Source: a virus. Taken from it: a stretch of DNA of 40,932 nt. Both the position numbers and the translations under genes were made by a program. The stretch lies in the UHGV virus genome UHGV-2003109; one strand, given 5' to 3'. Every line of letters begins with the position of its first letter. The stretch's first letter is position 1. The notes below the pieces were generated by a model. That model worked only from the letters and a program-made list of their open reading frames with translations, ran no database searches and was not told the origin of the DNA. Positions 39,366-40,932 of the stretch are shown piece after piece.

Positions 39366-39617
39366 ATGAGCGAAGTAATCATGATTGTCTCTCCCGGCAA
39401 ATGGGTATCCGAAGAGCAGTTAATTGCGCTGAAAGGAATAAAAAAAGGTACGTTAAAAAAGGCCCGGGAAAAATCGTTTATGGAAGGAAGGGAATATAAG
39501 CATGTCGCTCATGACGGTATGCCATGGGATAACAGTCCATGCTTTTACAACCTGGAAGAAATTGATCGCTGGATTGAGCGCCAGGCATCAGCGAGACCAA
39601 GACGTCATCTTACTTGA
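39366..39617 (+). CDS. xis: Excisionase-like protein
   Basis: 83-aa ORF immediately upstream of the integrase; ...EGREYKHVAHDGMPWDN... resembles lambdoid prophage excisionase-like proteins. Confidence 0.65.
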   Translation: MSEVIMIVSPGKWVSEEQLIALKGIKKGTLKKAREKSFMEGREYKHVAHDGMPWDNSPCFYNLEEIDRWIERQASARPRRHLT

Positions 39618-39651
39618 CTAAAAGCCACACTAACTAATGAGAGAGGTTGAA

Positions 39652-40932
39652 ATGAAATATCCGACAGGCGTGGAAAACCATGGAGGGAAATTACGTATCT
39701 GGTTTGTTTATAAAGGCGTAAGAGTCAGGGAAAATCTGGGGGTTCCTGACACAGCAAAAAACAGGCGCGTTGCAGGTGAACTACGCGCCTCTGTTTGTTA
39801 CGCAATAAAAACTGGTGTTTTCGACTATGCAAAACAGTTTCCCTCCTCACGCAATCTGGAAAAATTTGGTGAGGCCCGACAAGATTTAACCATAAAAGAA
39901 CTGGCTGAAAAATTTCTGGCACTGAAAGAAACTGAAGTCGCCAAAACATCACTCAACACATACCGTGCCGTCATCAAAAATATCCTGAGCATAATCGGTG
40001 AAAAAAATCTTGCCTCATCGATTAATAAAGAAAAATTACTGGAGGTTCGTAAAGAGTTACTGACTGGATACCAGATCCCCAAAAGTAACTATATTGTTAC
40101 ACAACCAGGGAGATCGGCTGTAACTGTAAATAATTACATGACAAATCTTAACGCCGTGTTCCAGTTTGGTGTTGATAACGGTTACCTAGCAGATAATCCG
40201 TTTAAGGGGATCTCGCCATTAAAGGAATCAAGAACCATTCCGGATCCTCTTTCGCGGGAAGAATTTATCCGTCTTATCGATGCGTGCAGAAATCAGCAAG
40301 CAAAAAATTTATGGTGTGTTTCTGTTTATACTGGCGTTCGCCCTGGTGAGCTGTGTGCACTTGGATGGGAGGACATAGATCTGAAAAATGGAACAATGAT
40401 GATCAGGAGAAATTTAGCAAAAGACCGTTTCACGGTACCAAAAACACAGGCGGGAACCAATCGGGTCATTCATCTTATTAAGCCAGCAATCGACGCTCTC
40501 CGGAGTCAGATGACATTAACGAGACTGAGCAAAGAGCATATCATTGATGTTCACCTCAGAGAGTATGGCAGAACAGAAAAACAAAAATGCACCTTTGTTT
40601 TTCAACCTGAAGTGTCAGCGAGAGTAAAAAATTATGGTGACCATTTTACCGTTGACTCAATAAGGCAGATGTGGGACGCAGCGATAAAACGTGCCGGACT
40701 CCGCCATCGAAAATCATATCAGTCGAGACATACTTATGCCTGCTGGTCGCTGACAGCTGGTGCTAACCCGGCATTTATAGCAAACCAGATGGGCCATGCA
40801 GATGCGCAAATGGTATTTCAGGTATACGGAAAATGGATGTCTGAAAACAATAATGCACAGGTAGCTTTGTTAAATACACAGTTAAGCGAGTTTGCCCCAA
40901 CCATGCCCCATAACGAAGCAATGAAAAATTAA
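39652..40932 (+). CDS. int: Tyrosine site-specific integrase
   Basis: C-terminal catalytic region with R...HxxR...Y signature (RHRKSYQSRHTYA...); GAGAGG RBS; stop at the window end. Confidence 0.9.
   Translation: MKYPTGVENHGGKLRIWFVYKGVRVRENLGVPDTAKNRRVAGELRASVCYAIKTGVFDYAKQFPSSRNLEKFGEARQDLTIKELAEKFLALKETEVAKTSLNTYRAVIKNILSIIGEKNLASSINKEKLLEVRKELLTGYQIPKSNYIVTQPGRSAVTVNNYMTNLNAVFQFGVDNGYLADNPFKGISPLKESRTIPDPLSREEFIRLIDACRNQQAKNLWCVSVYTGVRPGELCALGWEDIDLKNGTMMIRRNLAKDRFTVPKTQAGTNRVIHLIKPAIDALRSQMTLTRLSKEHIIDVHLREYGRTEKQKCTFVFQPEVSARVKNYGDHFTVDSIRQMWDAAIKRAGLRHRKSYQSRHTYACWSLTAGANPAFIANQMGHADAQMVFQVYGKWMSENNNAQVALLNTQLSEFAPTMPHNEAMKN

Overview
The whole 40.9 kb window is one near-complete lambdoid prophage of mosaic type; both ends run off the window, so neither att site is visible. 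Minus strand, 21.2 kb down to 0.7 kb: a lambda-like morphogenesis module in lambda order (Nu1, A, W, portal, ClpP-like protease/major capsid fusion, two small head proteins, Z, U, V, G/T with frameshift, tape measure, M, L, K, I, J, side tail fiber and two coupled small ORFs). A cos-like site sits just upstream of Nu1 (~21.36 kb). Minus strand, 21.7-34.5 kb: a Qin/phage-21-like accessory, lysis and early-right region (ynfO-like, ydfO, gnsB-like, ynfN-like, cspI, Rz/Rz1, SAR endolysin, ydfR-like, S21-type pinholin, cspB, cspF, Q antiterminator, ydfU-like, rem-like, hokD toxin, O-like replication gene with internal iterons, YdaT-like, dicC). Plus strand, 34.5-40.9 kb: the early-left operon (dicA, ydfA, ydfB-like, dicF sRNA, dicB, ydfD, large exonuclease, xis, tyrosine integrase). 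The most interesting locus is an AT-rich insertion at ~30.5-32.3 kb, between the replication genes and hok, that carries a stand-alone SIR2-like protein (candidate anti-phage defence/NADase cargo) and a 35-codon hydrophobic ORF; relBE, which accompanies hokD in E. coli K-12, is absent here. All calls come from reading the six-frame translations and the DNA by eye; no searches were run. Gene boundaries may be off by a few nt, and I found one spot near 12.0 kb where my manual count disagreed with the ORF track by 1 nt.
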